Positions 41,356 to 51,375 of a DNA stretch of 64,000 bases are shown here, piece by piece. The stretch covers positions 1,280,001 to 1,344,000 of the forward strand of contig JBMNEZ010000001.1 of NCBI GenBank assembly GCA_050949045.1, read 5' to 3'. The DNA is from Candidatus Izemoplasmatales bacterium. GTDB taxonomy: Bacteria; Bacillota_I; Bacilli_A; Izemoplasmatales; Hujiaoplasmataceae. The notes below the pieces were generated by a model, which was given only the letters and a program-made list of their open reading frames with translations, was not told where the DNA came from and ran no database searches. Each line of letters opens with the position of its first letter. The first letter of the stretch is position 1. A program made the position numbers and the translations under genes.

Positions 41356-41589
41356 AACGGGTGGAAATGTTAGTGTTTTGATATCTTAAAAAAATCTAAA
41401 GCATAATTACTGTTGTTGATGCTCTTTTTTGCAATATGATAAAGACGAAAAATTTGGATTTTTAGGATTTGATGGAGAAAGAAAAACATCCACACTTAAT
41501 TTATGAGCATTTTCTGGCGTTTTATTAATGAATTAACAAGGTTTTTATATTATAGTTTTTTCTTTTTTATTGAAAGTATAATATATATT

Positions 41590-41650
41590 GGAAATGAAAT
41601 TCTTCCAAAGGGGGAAACCTTAAATCGCAATTATGCTGATGACTTCTGCA
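41590..41650 (+). ncRNA. Fluoride (crcB) riboswitch, orphan
   Basis: GGAAAUGAAAUUCUUCC...AAAUCGC-AAUUAU-GCUGAUGACUUCUGC; -10 TATAAT at 41577; overlapping terminator. Confidence 0.75.
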
Positions 41651-41678
41651 AATATAGTGCAGGGTTATCAGTTTTTTT
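41636..41678 (+). terminator. Fluoride riboswitch terminator
   Basis: GCTGATGACTTCTGCA/TGCAGGGTTATCAGT stem plus T tract. Confidence 0.75.
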
Positions 41679-41880
41679 AATTGCTCTTAAAGGAGAGCAG
41701 TAGAGTGAACTCCATTTTTAGTAGACCTTAATAAAAAAGAGGAAATATATTACTTTATGTAGCCGTAAGCAAAAATTTCAAATCGTTTTTAAAACACCTT
41801 CGCATATACTTAATAACTAACACAAGCTTAATTAATGAAAGAAAAATGATTGTAAAAAACTTATCAAGCAAAAACTTGTT

Positions 41881-41920
41881 AAAAAATGCTAGCTTTCGAT
41901 AGAATGTCGAAGCTAGCATT
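41881..41920 (-). terminator. Terminator downstream of the ADH gene
   Basis: AATGCTAGCTTTCGA...TCGAAGCTAGCATT with an A6 on the left (T tract on the minus strand). Confidence 0.75.
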
Positions 41921-41950
41921 AATCACTAAAATATTTATTCTTTGTCTAAG

Positions 41951-42919
41951 TTATCTAACTGCTACTAAACGTCCTTTTACTTCTCCCCGGCGTAGCCTTT
42001 CCAACCCTTCAGGGATTTCGTCAAAAGATATCTCGTGAAGCTTCGGTTTGAGTTTGCCGGTGGCAAAGTAACCATATACCTCTTTGATATCTTGGGCTGT
42101 GCCGCCACAGCTGCCAACAAGTTGGGCTTCTTTTAGAATTAAAGATCTAGTATTGATTGTAGATTCTAGTCTGCCCATGCCTACAACTACCACTTTGCCA
42201 CCAGGTGCTACAGCCTCTAATGCATCGGCTGTGGTTTTACCGAATCCAGCAAAATCAACTATTACATCACACTTGGCGGGCGCAAACTCTAGAACACTTT
42301 CATAGACGTGTTTGATGCCCATTTCTTCGCCTAGTTTTCGAGCTTCAGGGTTGATATCGCATGCATATACATCACATTTGTCAATCAGCGCCATGCCTGC
42401 AGCAAACTGTCCTAATCCGCCTATTCCGATGATGCCCACTTTCATCCCCGGCTTGGCGCCGCCGGCTTTATACAAAGCATGATAAGAGGTCATTCCGGCA
42501 TCGGTAGCTGCTGCTCCCTCTAAGAAGCCTACACTATCAGGTAATGGAACTAAACAGTCAACGGGAACCATGCATTTATCAGCGTAACCGCCGTCACATT
42601 GATATCCAACTGCCCAAGAACGTCCAGTTTCAGCGCTGAGTTTTGCGGATATGGGAGCGACCCCCACTCTATCTCCTACTTTAAATCCTTTTACACCTTC
42701 ACCGACTTCGATAATAACACCTGCATTTTCATGTCCCATATACATGGGGTGTGCGGTGATGATGCCTATCCAACCTGGATCTTCTAGAGCCGCAACATCG
42801 GAATGACATAATCCAGCTGCTTTAACTTCAATAACAACAAATCCTGGTTGAACTATCGGATCGGGTTTTTCAACCAACTTTAGTGGAACATTAGTGTTTG
42901 TAAATTGCCAACCTTTCAT
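41951..42919 (-). CDS. Zinc-dependent alcohol dehydrogenase (MDR family)
   Basis: GLCHSD, GHENAG, GIGGLG; ATG at 42919 after RBS GAGGGGAG. Confidence 0.9.
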   Translation of the reverse strand: MKGWQFTNTNVPLKLVEKPDPIVQPGFVVIEVKAAGLCHSDVAALEDPGWIGIITAHPMYMGHENAGVIIEVGEGVKGFKVGDRVGVAPISAKLSAETGRSWAVGYQCDGGYADKCMVPVDCLVPLPDSVGFLEGAAATDAGMTSYHALYKAGGAKPGMKVGIIGIGGLGQFAAGMALIDKCDVYACDINPEARKLGEEMGIKHVYESVLEFAPAKCDVIVDFAGFGKTTADALEAVAPGGKVVVVGMGRLESTINTRSLILKEAQLVGSCGGTAQDIKEVYGYFATGKLKPKLHEISFDEIPEGLERLRRGEVKGRLVAVR

Positions 42920-43306
42920 AAATATCTCCCCTCTTTTATTTTTCAGTCTGATATATTTAATACCAAACAAACGGAGTATTGTCAAGAATCTTGTGTGCTT
43001 TCATTAAGGCTTTGATTTAAAAAATTTCTTTTATAATGCTTTATTATTTTTTAAAAAAAATGTTAATATTGAGTGCAAAGACCTAAAAGAATTTTTTATA
43101 ATCTACGTTAGTCAATTTGGTGATTAATGCGAGCATATTTGAGGCTCTCTGGGACTCCTTTTGTTTTTGCGGAGAACCTAATCGTTGATTTAATATGACT
43201 TCTCTTCTCATTATTGACAACGACCTTATTATTCGTTTATGATATAAATAACGGGCTGGCCGAGTTCCATCGTCATCCCAAATTCGGTAATAGAGGTGTC
43301 GAGCGA

Positions 43307-44329
43307 ATGGCACAGCGCAAGAATGTCAAAATGAAAGATATCGCTGAGGCGATTGGCGTCAGCACCGTGACCGTATCGAAAGCCTTGGGCAATAAAGAAG
43401 GCGTCAGCGAAGAGTTACGGAAAGCCATCAAAGATAAAGCCGCCGAACTGGGGTATGTCTACAATCCTATTCCAAAATCAATGCTCAATGGCCGAGTCAA
43501 CAATGTCGGGATTCTGGTCTCAAAGAAGTTTCTTGTACGCGGATATGACGTTTATTTTCAGGTATATGAGACGATTGTTGAAAAATTGACAGAATACGGT
43601 TATTTCGGTTTGTTAGAAGTGTTGACCAAACAAAAGGAATTTGACTGTGAAAAGCCAAGAGTACTCTCTGAATCCAAGGTCGATGGCATTATTTTGCTCG
43701 GTCAAATTTCTTATCCTTATATACAAATGATCGAGGCTAGCGGCATTCCATTCGTTCTTCTCGACTTTTATGGAAGTTATGAAGGTGTCACTTCGGTCAT
43801 TGCGGATAATTTCTATGGAAGTTACTTGTTGACGAGTTACCTTATAAAAAAGGGGCATCGAAAAATCGGGTTTGTTGGGAATTACCGAGCGACCAGCAGC
43901 ATCATGGACCGCTATATGGGGTATCTCAAGAGTTTAATTGAAAATGAAATTGACGAAAAGGTTCAGGATTATCTCATCATGGACCGGGACAATCATAATG
44001 TCAATATCGAATTAACGTTTCCAAAAGAGATGCCAACGTCGTTTGTCTGCAACAATGATGAAGTAGCGAACACATTGATTGGAAAACTGATTCAAAGCGG
44101 CTATAAGGTTCCTGACGACGTCTCTGTCGTTGGGTTCGACAATTTCGACAAAAACTATAGTTCACAAATCGGCATCACCACGATTGAAGTTGACTTCATT
44201 GAAATGGGAAAGACTGCAGTGGACATCATCCTTAAAAAAATCCAAGATCCAAATTATGATCCCGGACGTCATTTGATAAATTGCCGGATGGTCATTCGCG
44301 ATTCCGTCAAAGCGCTCCTAGAAGAATAA
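43307..44329 (+). CDS. LacI family transcriptional regulator
   Basis: MKDIAEAIGVSTVTVSKAL HTH; VPDDVSVVGFDN; RBS GAGGTG. Confidence 0.95.
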   Translation: MAQRKNVKMKDIAEAIGVSTVTVSKALGNKEGVSEELRKAIKDKAAELGYVYNPIPKSMLNGRVNNVGILVSKKFLVRGYDVYFQVYETIVEKLTEYGYFGLLEVLTKQKEFDCEKPRVLSESKVDGIILLGQISYPYIQMIEASGIPFVLLDFYGSYEGVTSVIADNFYGSYLLTSYLIKKGHRKIGFVGNYRATSSIMDRYMGYLKSLIENEIDEKVQDYLIMDRDNHNVNIELTFPKEMPTSFVCNNDEVANTLIGKLIQSGYKVPDDVSVVGFDNFDKNYSSQIGITTIEVDFIEMGKTAVDIILKKIQDPNYDPGRHLINCRMVIRDSVKALLEE

Positions 44330-44353
44330 GGAAACTATTCTCAATTCATATCT

Positions 44354-44381
44354 AAAGGGTTCTCGCCTGGGACCCTTTTTT
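44354..44381 (+). terminator. Intrinsic terminator after lacI
   Basis: AAAGGGTTCT-CGCCT-GGGACCCTTTTTT. Confidence 0.8.
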
Positions 44382-44506
44382 GATATTGATAAAAATGTAG
44401 GCACAGTATTGACAAAGGAACTAGTATAATGTAAACTTACTTTAAGGATTTAAGTAATGCATTAAGTAAATTATGTTACATAAAAAAAACAATTCAAGGA
44501 GGAAAA

Positions 44507-47500
44507 ATGAAAAAACGTATTTTTGCCGTTTTATTTGTGCTGTTTGTTTCATCTTTTGGCTTTTTTCTGATGGCCTGTGAAGAGATGACGACAACCGGCA
44601 CAACCACAGCGGCCCCCACGACAACTGTTTTGACAACGACGGTGCCGACGACGAAGGCACCGACAACAACAGTGCCAACGACGAAGGCACCGACAACGAC
44701 AGTGCCGACGACGAAGGCACCGACAACGATGGTACCGACAACGAAGGCGCCGACAACAACGGTACCGACGACAAAGGCGCCGACAACGACAGTGCCGACG
44801 ACAAAGGCGCCGACAACGACAGTGCCGACGACAAAGGCGCCGACAACAGTAGCCCCCACGACGACACTGGCTGTTGAATCGGTGAATGTATTTGGGGCGG
44901 AAACAGCTGAAGTGGGTGAGACTGAGCAATATGTCTGCACTTTTTCACCAACCGGAGCTGCCAGCCAAGCAGATGTTGTATGGAGCGTCGTCAATGGAAC
45001 GGGTAAAGCAACCATCTCCGCTCTTGGCGTTTTGACCCCGACGAGTCCTGGAACAATTACGGTAAAAGCGACGGTTAAAGGAGTAGAAGGATCCCTTGCG
45101 GTTACTTTGATCCAATCAGTTGAGTCAGTCACAGTGGAAGGTCCGGATACGGTAGAATTAGGATCTGATGCGAACTACACCTATACAGTGGTTCCTAGTG
45201 ATTCGACAATTGAAGAAGTCGTTTGGTCCGTCGTCGCCGGGACTGGATCGGCCACGATCGATTCGGAAGAAGGTAAATTGTCCCCAGTGGCGGCCGGGAC
45301 TGTCACGGTACGAGTATCTGTGGATGGTATTTTAGGGACAAAACCTGTTCAAATACTCACTCCAGTGGCTTCTGTCAATGTCCAAGGCGATCAATTGGTT
45401 AGAATGGAAAACAACCCGACTTTCACAGCCTCGATTCTACCGGCTGACGCGGATTATGAAAGCGTCGTTTGGTCAGTTACCAACGGAACCGGCAGTGCGA
45501 CCATCAGTGAAAACGGAACTTTATCGCCTGTTACACCAGGAACAGTCACGGTTAATGCATCGGCTAACGGTGTCAAAGGCAGCCTAGAGATTGAATTGAT
45601 TGTTTCGGTTTCTGGCATAGTAATTTCCGGAGATACGGAAGTCTTACCGGCGCAAGAATACACATATGTAGCGACTGTGTCGCCGGATAATGCCAAGTAT
45701 CCACAAGTCACTTGGGCAGTCGTCAACGGCACGGGAAGCGCGACAATCACGAGCGCTGGTGTATTAACAGGCAACATGGCTGGAACCGTTTCGGTAACGG
45801 CGACGGCCGATGGTGTCACAAAGAGCTTTGAAGTCACAGTTCTAGAAGATGACAGTTTGTTAGGAACGCCGCGTCCAACCCATCTCTTGGCAACGCCTGA
45901 GAACACAATCGTTCTCTCAGGAGCATGGGAATTGCAAAACGAACTGGAAGGTCTAACTGTTAATTTTGCCCGTCAAGTATATGACGTGTCCTTTACAGCG
46001 GAAGCTTCCAAATCTTCATTAGGCGTTCAATTTAGAGTTCCGAATAATGTCGATTTATCTAGAATGCAATATTTCGCAATCAAGGTTACCGGCTCTACTT
46101 TGACCGAAGGAGTCAATCCGACAGTATCTGTTCAATTAAAAGACTTCGATAGTGGCTTATTACTTTATAACGACCAGCAAACAGAAATTGAAGTCATCAA
46201 TGATAATCAATGGATTGTCTTCTCGATTGCCAACCGTTATCGCTTACAGACCAGTAACAGAGATCTTCGAATCCTTTTGGATCCACACTTCACGGCATCC
46301 GGTAACGAAGGCGTGCTGACGATCCAACAAGTGGTGTTCTTCGGAAATGCCGATCCCGTCATATCACCGCAACTACTCTCCGGGCTGAAGAATGCTCACT
46401 GGGAAGACACGGGTGTGACAGCCGAGCCGGCAGTCGATGTCATTGATGGGCAAAACGTGGATGTCGTAAAGGTGTCCGCGACCGCAGCCGCGGTGTCAGG
46501 CTGGAAAGCCATTCCTTCTTATGTATTAGAAGACATCAGCCGTGTGACGACAGTCAGTTTCAAAGTGAAACTACTCACGACCGGTCTGCCTTCTGATCCC
46601 AAACTGGGAGTCTACTTAGGAGAGACCGACTTGGGGAATAAGACGATCGCTCGTCCCGCTGAAGGAGCAGATCCGGTGTATCAGACCATCACCATTACGA
46701 TTCCGGCCAGCTTGAGAAATGAAGCCAATATGTGGGCGGTCAAATACATTCAGTTGAAACCCAATAGCGGCGGAAATAAAGCAGTTGAATATTATATTTA
46801 TGATTTCAAATTATCGGGTGATGCGAACCCCGTTCCCGTGACAGTCGCTCGCTCGCCTCTTGGCGGGGATGATGTTCCCTTCACTTCAGCTCCATCCTAT
46901 GTTGAAGCATCTACTCAGACTTTAGTTGCGGCTGATGGAGATGTTCCTGCTCACCGTCTATGGACTCCGAATGCGGGAGTGTCCCTTATGAAAATTCAAT
47001 ATGGGTACACCAAGTCAGCAGCGAACTTATCAGCCCGCGAAGGAATGAATGGACTTCACATCACGATTCAAGGCACTGCGGGACTGGAAGTCAATGTCCA
47101 ACAGAGCTGGGGCGATGGTTGGGCGGACGAATCGCAACGTCGCTTTGTCCTTGATGGAACAGTTCAACACATTTATATTCAAGCCTTGACCAGAACGTTG
47201 ATTACCACTGGAACGTCCGGGACGGCCAACTGGCAGTTGGGAGCCACGATTCCGGCTGGAACCGAAGGAGCATCAGTTAAAATTTTCTCGATTGCCTTTA
47301 CCGCTATCATGCCGATTCCAGAGGAAATCGTGAATGAGGAGATTCCTTTCTCGAGTTTCCGCGAGGCAACAAACATCATAGTTGAAGTTGAAACGGTTCC
47401 GACCGATGCAATGACCGTTGCTTATCATGAAGACGGCCATGCCATCGCAACTGTAGCAGTCAACCATGCCAACAATCATTTGATTGCGATTGCCACCCAC

Positions 47501-47785
47501 GACGACCTACGCTATATGAACACATTGACGATTCAGGCAAAAGGCGCGATTGGAACATCAATGACCATCAAGCTTGCCTACGGCAATACCTTTAATATGG
47601 ACGTCGATTATGTTCATACCTTTACCAGCAACAATGTTGAGACCATTGTGATCAACATTCAAGATCGCGATGTGCTCAAAGTGTCAAAAATCTCCCTGTC
47701 TTTGTTCTTCAATCTCAATGAGGTCGATGCTCCGGCTAACTTTGAAATTCTAAGCGCGGCTTTCAGTGGTGTTGTAACAGAATAG
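44507..47785 (+). CDS. Large lipoprotein: Thr-rich repeat linker, 4 Big_2-like Ig domains, C-terminal tandem CBM-like modules
   Basis: Signal ending LMAC; four W(S/A)VxxGTGxATI repeats; no catalytic GH motif recognised; RBS AAGGAGG. Confidence 0.8.
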   Translation: MKKRIFAVLFVLFVSSFGFFLMACEEMTTTGTTTAAPTTTVLTTTVPTTKAPTTTVPTTKAPTTTVPTTKAPTTMVPTTKAPTTTVPTTKAPTTTVPTTKAPTTTVPTTKAPTTVAPTTTLAVESVNVFGAETAEVGETEQYVCTFSPTGAASQADVVWSVVNGTGKATISALGVLTPTSPGTITVKATVKGVEGSLAVTLIQSVESVTVEGPDTVELGSDANYTYTVVPSDSTIEEVVWSVVAGTGSATIDSEEGKLSPVAAGTVTVRVSVDGILGTKPVQILTPVASVNVQGDQLVRMENNPTFTASILPADADYESVVWSVTNGTGSATISENGTLSPVTPGTVTVNASANGVKGSLEIELIVSVSGIVISGDTEVLPAQEYTYVATVSPDNAKYPQVTWAVVNGTGSATITSAGVLTGNMAGTVSVTATADGVTKSFEVTVLEDDSLLGTPRPTHLLATPENTIVLSGAWELQNELEGLTVNFARQVYDVSFTAEASKSSLGVQFRVPNNVDLSRMQYFAIKVTGSTLTEGVNPTVSVQLKDFDSGLLLYNDQQTEIEVINDNQWIVFSIANRYRLQTSNRDLRILLDPHFTASGNEGVLTIQQVVFFGNADPVISPQLLSGLKNAHWEDTGVTAEPAVDVIDGQNVDVVKVSATAAAVSGWKAIPSYVLEDISRVTTVSFKVKLLTTGLPSDPKLGVYLGETDLGNKTIARPAEGADPVYQTITITIPASLRNEANMWAVKYIQLKPNSGGNKAVEYYIYDFKLSGDANPVPVTVARSPLGGDDVPFTSAPSYVEASTQTLVAADGDVPAHRLWTPNAGVSLMKIQYGYTKSAANLSAREGMNGLHITIQGTAGLEVNVQQSWGDGWADESQRRFVLDGTVQHIYIQALTRTLITTGTSGTANWQLGATIPAGTEGASVKIFSIAFTAIMPIPEEIVNEEIPFSSFREATNIIVEVETVPTDAMTVAYHEDGHAIATVAVNHANNHLIAIATHDDLRYMNTLTIQAKGAIGTSMTIKLAYGNTFNMDVDYVHTFTSNNVETIVINIQDRDVLKVSKISLSLFFNLNEVDAPANFEILSAAFSGVVTE
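44633..44842 (+). repeat. Coding 30-bp tandem repeat x7 (TTTVPTTKAP)
   Basis: ACAACGACRGTGCCGACGACRAAGGCRCCG units, in frame. Confidence 0.97.
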
Positions 47786-47794
47786 ACTAAGAGA

Positions 47795-47856
47795 TGTAAT
47801 CGAACTTGTTATGTGCCTCACATTGTATCGACAGTGTGAGGCACACGTTCGATACA
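47795..47856 (+). other. Strong intergenic stem-loop without a U tract
   Basis: 15-bp stem TGTGCCTCACATTGT/ACAGTGTGAGGCACA plus lower stem ATCGAAC/GTTCGAT. Confidence 0.8.
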
Positions 47857-47923
47857 ATAATATGTTTATGGCTATCTATCAATAACAAATAAAGAAATAT
47901 ATTATGAATTTAGGTGAACTTAA

Positions 47924-50900
47924 ATGAAACTAATATGGAAAAGAATCCTGATATTCGGCCTCTTTTCGTTTTTGGTTGCTTTTCTAATATCTTGTGATGA
48001 ACTGACAAAACTATCTACCACTACTGGACTTCCATCGACCGGGACCCAATCAACAACTTCCAGTTCTGTGATTACCACTACAACGGTAAAACCAACCACA
48101 ACAACCCAGGCTCCGATCACAACGACTTACAGCGACCAAACTTTACCTATAACAACAATACCTTCAACTACCGATGACACTTCAAGTGATTTGACAACCA
48201 CCATATCTACGGATATCGTGACAACGACCGTATCACAGCCCATTGATGTGACGACTGTGGCTAAGGTTTCAGTATCCGCCATCATTGTCTCGGGTTCATC
48301 GCGAATTCAGTCGGGAACGTCTTCAGCTTATTCTGCACAAGTATTTCCCGAAAACGCCACCGATAAACAAGTGGTTTGGTCTGTCGTTCCTGGAACCGGA
48401 CAAGCCACAATCAACGCTTCCGGTGTTTTGGTCGGGACAAGTGCTGGCACGGTCACGGTTGTGGCAACTGCCTCCAATCAAGTTACAGGATCCCGTACCG
48501 TTACCATCACTCCGGGTAAGATTAACGTTGAAACGGTCACAATTTCGGGACCGAACGAGATTGCATTGAATCATACTGGTGTTTTCATTGCCAATGTGTT
48601 GCCGGTAAATGCCACCGATCAAACCGTGATGTGGAGTGTCAGCCCGTTAACTGGTAATGCGACAATTACTCAAAACGGCACGTTGACCCCCTCTCAAATG
48701 GGAACTGTCGTCGTTGTCGCGATTGTGGATGGCGTACCTGCAGAAAAAACAATAACGATCACTAGTGCGATCATTCCACTATCTTCCGTCTCAGTTGTAG
48801 CTCCGGAGAATATTATCGAGTTTGAAGAACATGAAATCGAGTTTACGGTTTCCCCTGAAGATGCCACTTACTCCACAGTCTCTTGGGCGGTAATCAACGG
48901 TACCGGAGAGGCAGTAATCTCTCCCGCTGGCCTTTTAACGGCAATGAAACCGGGAACCGTAACCATTCGCGTGACGGTGGACAATGTTGTCGACTTTATC
49001 GAAAAGACAATTCTAGATCGTCCCAATTTGGTGACTGAGTTTGTCACTTCGAGAAACGGATACTTCTATGAGGGAGAAAGCGAAACGCCTTTCCGCTTCT
49101 TAGGGACAAACAACTATAATTTGCATTATAAATCTGATGCCATGATTGACGATGTCATCATTCAAGCAGCCGACATGGGAATCAAAGTCATTCGCATGTG
49201 GGCGTTCTTTGATGGTTGGGAAGACGAAGGTCGAGCCAACTATGCTTATGGTCAAATCGCTCCAGGCGTCTACGACAAAACTCCAAAAGAGTATTTTGGG
49301 GAAACTCTGTATGATCGGAATACCGGATTGGAAAAGGATCCTGTCCACATTTTGGATCGCGTCGATTATACCATCCGCAGAGCGGGACAATATGGCATTC
49401 GTGTCGAATTGGTCTTGACCAATTACTATCCGGAATTTGGCGGAATGCAAATGTATGCCAACTGGTACAATACATTAAATCCGGGCGCTAATGTTTCAAA
49501 AACGGCATTTTACACCAATGAGACCATGAAGGGCTGGTACAAGGATTGGATCAGTTATGTAGCCAATCGGACCAACCAATTGACAGGAGTCAAATACAAA
49601 GACGACCCGACGATCTTTTCTTGGGGACTTGCCAATGAACCAGATGGCGCCGGTGTTCCTACCTGGGCGGCCGAGATGAGTGCTTATCTCAAAAACACGA
49701 TTGGTGTGAAACAAATGGTGACCGCCAGTGCCCAAGGGTCTCTTGGGAACGCTCCGGCAACTTTGGAGATTAACAAAAACACCGCCGAAGGACGGATTGC
49801 CCCGGATGATGATTTCAGTTATTCGTTTGTTCGATCGGGAATTGGTGGCGGTTATTATGGATACGGCACCGCTGTCAATCACTGGGCCTTGTTACAAATT
49901 GACACACTCGATTATGTCACGGCGCATCTCTATGTTGACCACTGGGGAGTTACTAACGACCGAGCCATTGAATACGGTGAAAAATTCATCAAGGATCATA
50001 TCGCTTTGGCAAAATATTGGGGAAAGCCCTTTGTCTTGGAAGAATATGGCGCCATGCGGGCGTCCATGTCCGAATCTAAGCGCGTTCATCGCGATCTTGC
50101 CTATGATGTTTGGAACCGGGCAGTCTATGAAATGGGCGGAGCTGGGTCGATGTTTTGGATCCTGACAGGCATTGAGGACAGCCCCGATGCGGACGCTAAT
50201 GGAAATTACCCAGACTTTGATGGATTCCGCGTTTTGAATGACGGCGGCAGCACTAGTTTGCTTCTAAAAAAATATGCCCAACTTTTCAACAATGAAATAG
50301 AATCGATCGAAAGAGAAGCAAGAGTCTACCTGCTAAGTCCACTATTAAGTGAGATAACCAAGAGCGGCAACTATAAAATCGAAGCCAAGGTTATCCCCGA
50401 GGACAAAGTCGTGGCGAACGTCTATCTTTATGTCCATGGCCAAGCACCGATCTCGATGACGGCTCAAACCAGCGACCCGTATCGCACCGGAATTTATAGT
50501 CACACACTGACGATGACCAATATCGAACCGGGCGAGGACTATACCATTAAAGTCGTGGTCAAGTTTACGGACGATAGCACACTGGAAACTGAAGTTCGAA
50601 ATATTCGCCGTTATAAATATTTAGAACTTGACACACTCTATGACATGGATTTCAACAGCGAACAACAAATCAATTTCCAAACCTTTGGAAGCTATGAAGC
50701 AACCTTGAGAAGTATCAACCACAACAAGACTTTGGAAATGCTCCAACTTGACGTCTTGAATCTCAATGTCAACTGGTCAGAGCACAAAGTAAAACTTATT
50801 GCGTTCCCATTGACTTCCGGCGGACTGCCCATGGTGCCAAACACGTTCAGAGTTCAATATACTACCTACTACAACAAGGCGATTGTGGATGCTCTGCCAA

Positions 50901-51298
50901 ACCCTGACCCCTGTATTCTCAAAAATTATATTGCGTTGGAGCCCGGCTGGGTCAAAACCGGAATTGATCAAAACAATGTATCAATTGCGACGATTCGAAC
51001 CAATGCCGCGAAAGATGACAGCGATCCGACAAAGCGATCAGATTATGGAATCCGTTGGATTGACCTGAACCAAGACCAAGTTGCGACAGACAACGAACAG
51101 TTTTACTTCCATACACTCACGCTTGAATTCGTTCCCAATGACAGTTTGAATGCAATTTGCATCAACCCGACCACCGGGAGAATGCCCTACGATGGAATTA
51201 TGTATGTCGACGATGTCAAGTTGTATGGATATGCCAATGGTGCCCCAATCGATTCCTTGGAGCCTCCGGCGGACTTCGTCTTTGATCTCGGAGAATAG
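47924..51298 (+). CDS. Lipoprotein GH5 endo-beta-1,4-mannanase with 3 Big_2-like domains and a C-terminal CBM27-like module
   Basis: Lipobox LISC; FLGTNNY, VIRMWAF, YKDDPTIFSWGLANEP, VLEEYG; LEPGWVK...YDGIMYVDDVKLY recalls the CBM27 of Thermotoga Man5. Confidence 0.85.
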   Translation: MKLIWKRILIFGLFSFLVAFLISCDELTKLSTTTGLPSTGTQSTTSSSVITTTTVKPTTTTQAPITTTYSDQTLPITTIPSTTDDTSSDLTTTISTDIVTTTVSQPIDVTTVAKVSVSAIIVSGSSRIQSGTSSAYSAQVFPENATDKQVVWSVVPGTGQATINASGVLVGTSAGTVTVVATASNQVTGSRTVTITPGKINVETVTISGPNEIALNHTGVFIANVLPVNATDQTVMWSVSPLTGNATITQNGTLTPSQMGTVVVVAIVDGVPAEKTITITSAIIPLSSVSVVAPENIIEFEEHEIEFTVSPEDATYSTVSWAVINGTGEAVISPAGLLTAMKPGTVTIRVTVDNVVDFIEKTILDRPNLVTEFVTSRNGYFYEGESETPFRFLGTNNYNLHYKSDAMIDDVIIQAADMGIKVIRMWAFFDGWEDEGRANYAYGQIAPGVYDKTPKEYFGETLYDRNTGLEKDPVHILDRVDYTIRRAGQYGIRVELVLTNYYPEFGGMQMYANWYNTLNPGANVSKTAFYTNETMKGWYKDWISYVANRTNQLTGVKYKDDPTIFSWGLANEPDGAGVPTWAAEMSAYLKNTIGVKQMVTASAQGSLGNAPATLEINKNTAEGRIAPDDDFSYSFVRSGIGGGYYGYGTAVNHWALLQIDTLDYVTAHLYVDHWGVTNDRAIEYGEKFIKDHIALAKYWGKPFVLEEYGAMRASMSESKRVHRDLAYDVWNRAVYEMGGAGSMFWILTGIEDSPDADANGNYPDFDGFRVLNDGGSTSLLLKKYAQLFNNEIESIEREARVYLLSPLLSEITKSGNYKIEAKVIPEDKVVANVYLYVHGQAPISMTAQTSDPYRTGIYSHTLTMTNIEPGEDYTIKVVVKFTDDSTLETEVRNIRRYKYLELDTLYDMDFNSEQQINFQTFGSYEATLRSINHNKTLEMLQLDVLNLNVNWSEHKVKLIAFPLTSGGLPMVPNTFRVQYTTYYNKAIVDALPNPDPCILKNYIALEPGWVKTGIDQNNVSIATIRTNAAKDDSDPTKRSDYGIRWIDLNQDQVATDNEQFYFHTLTLEFVPNDSLNAICINPTTGRMPYDGIMYVDDVKLYGYANGAPIDSLEPPADFVFDLGE

Positions 51299-51375
51299 GA
51301 CTCGGTTATTTTAGAATAATGCTTTGATTATTCATATTATTCATAGTAAAGTAATATAAAAGAAAGGAGTCAGTG

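Noticed and set aside
41503..41703. 66-aa ORF
   Set aside because: Low-complexity AT-rich frame overlapping the fluoride riboswitch; no RBS.
41701..41730. IS element as a formal feature
   Set aside because: Only a weak resemblance to one terminal repeat; no partner repeat or transposase seen.
44633..44842. 30-bp repeats as a CRISPR array
   Set aside because: Contiguous units with no unique spacers, in frame within a CDS, variation mostly synonymous, no cas genes.
44442..45132. Minus-strand ORFs of 126-212 aa
   Set aside because: Antisense shadows of the Thr-rich repeat.
47801..47851. CGAAC...GTTCG as a LexA (Cheo) box
   Set aside because: Half-sites are ~40 bp apart rather than 4; they form the base of an RNA hairpin.
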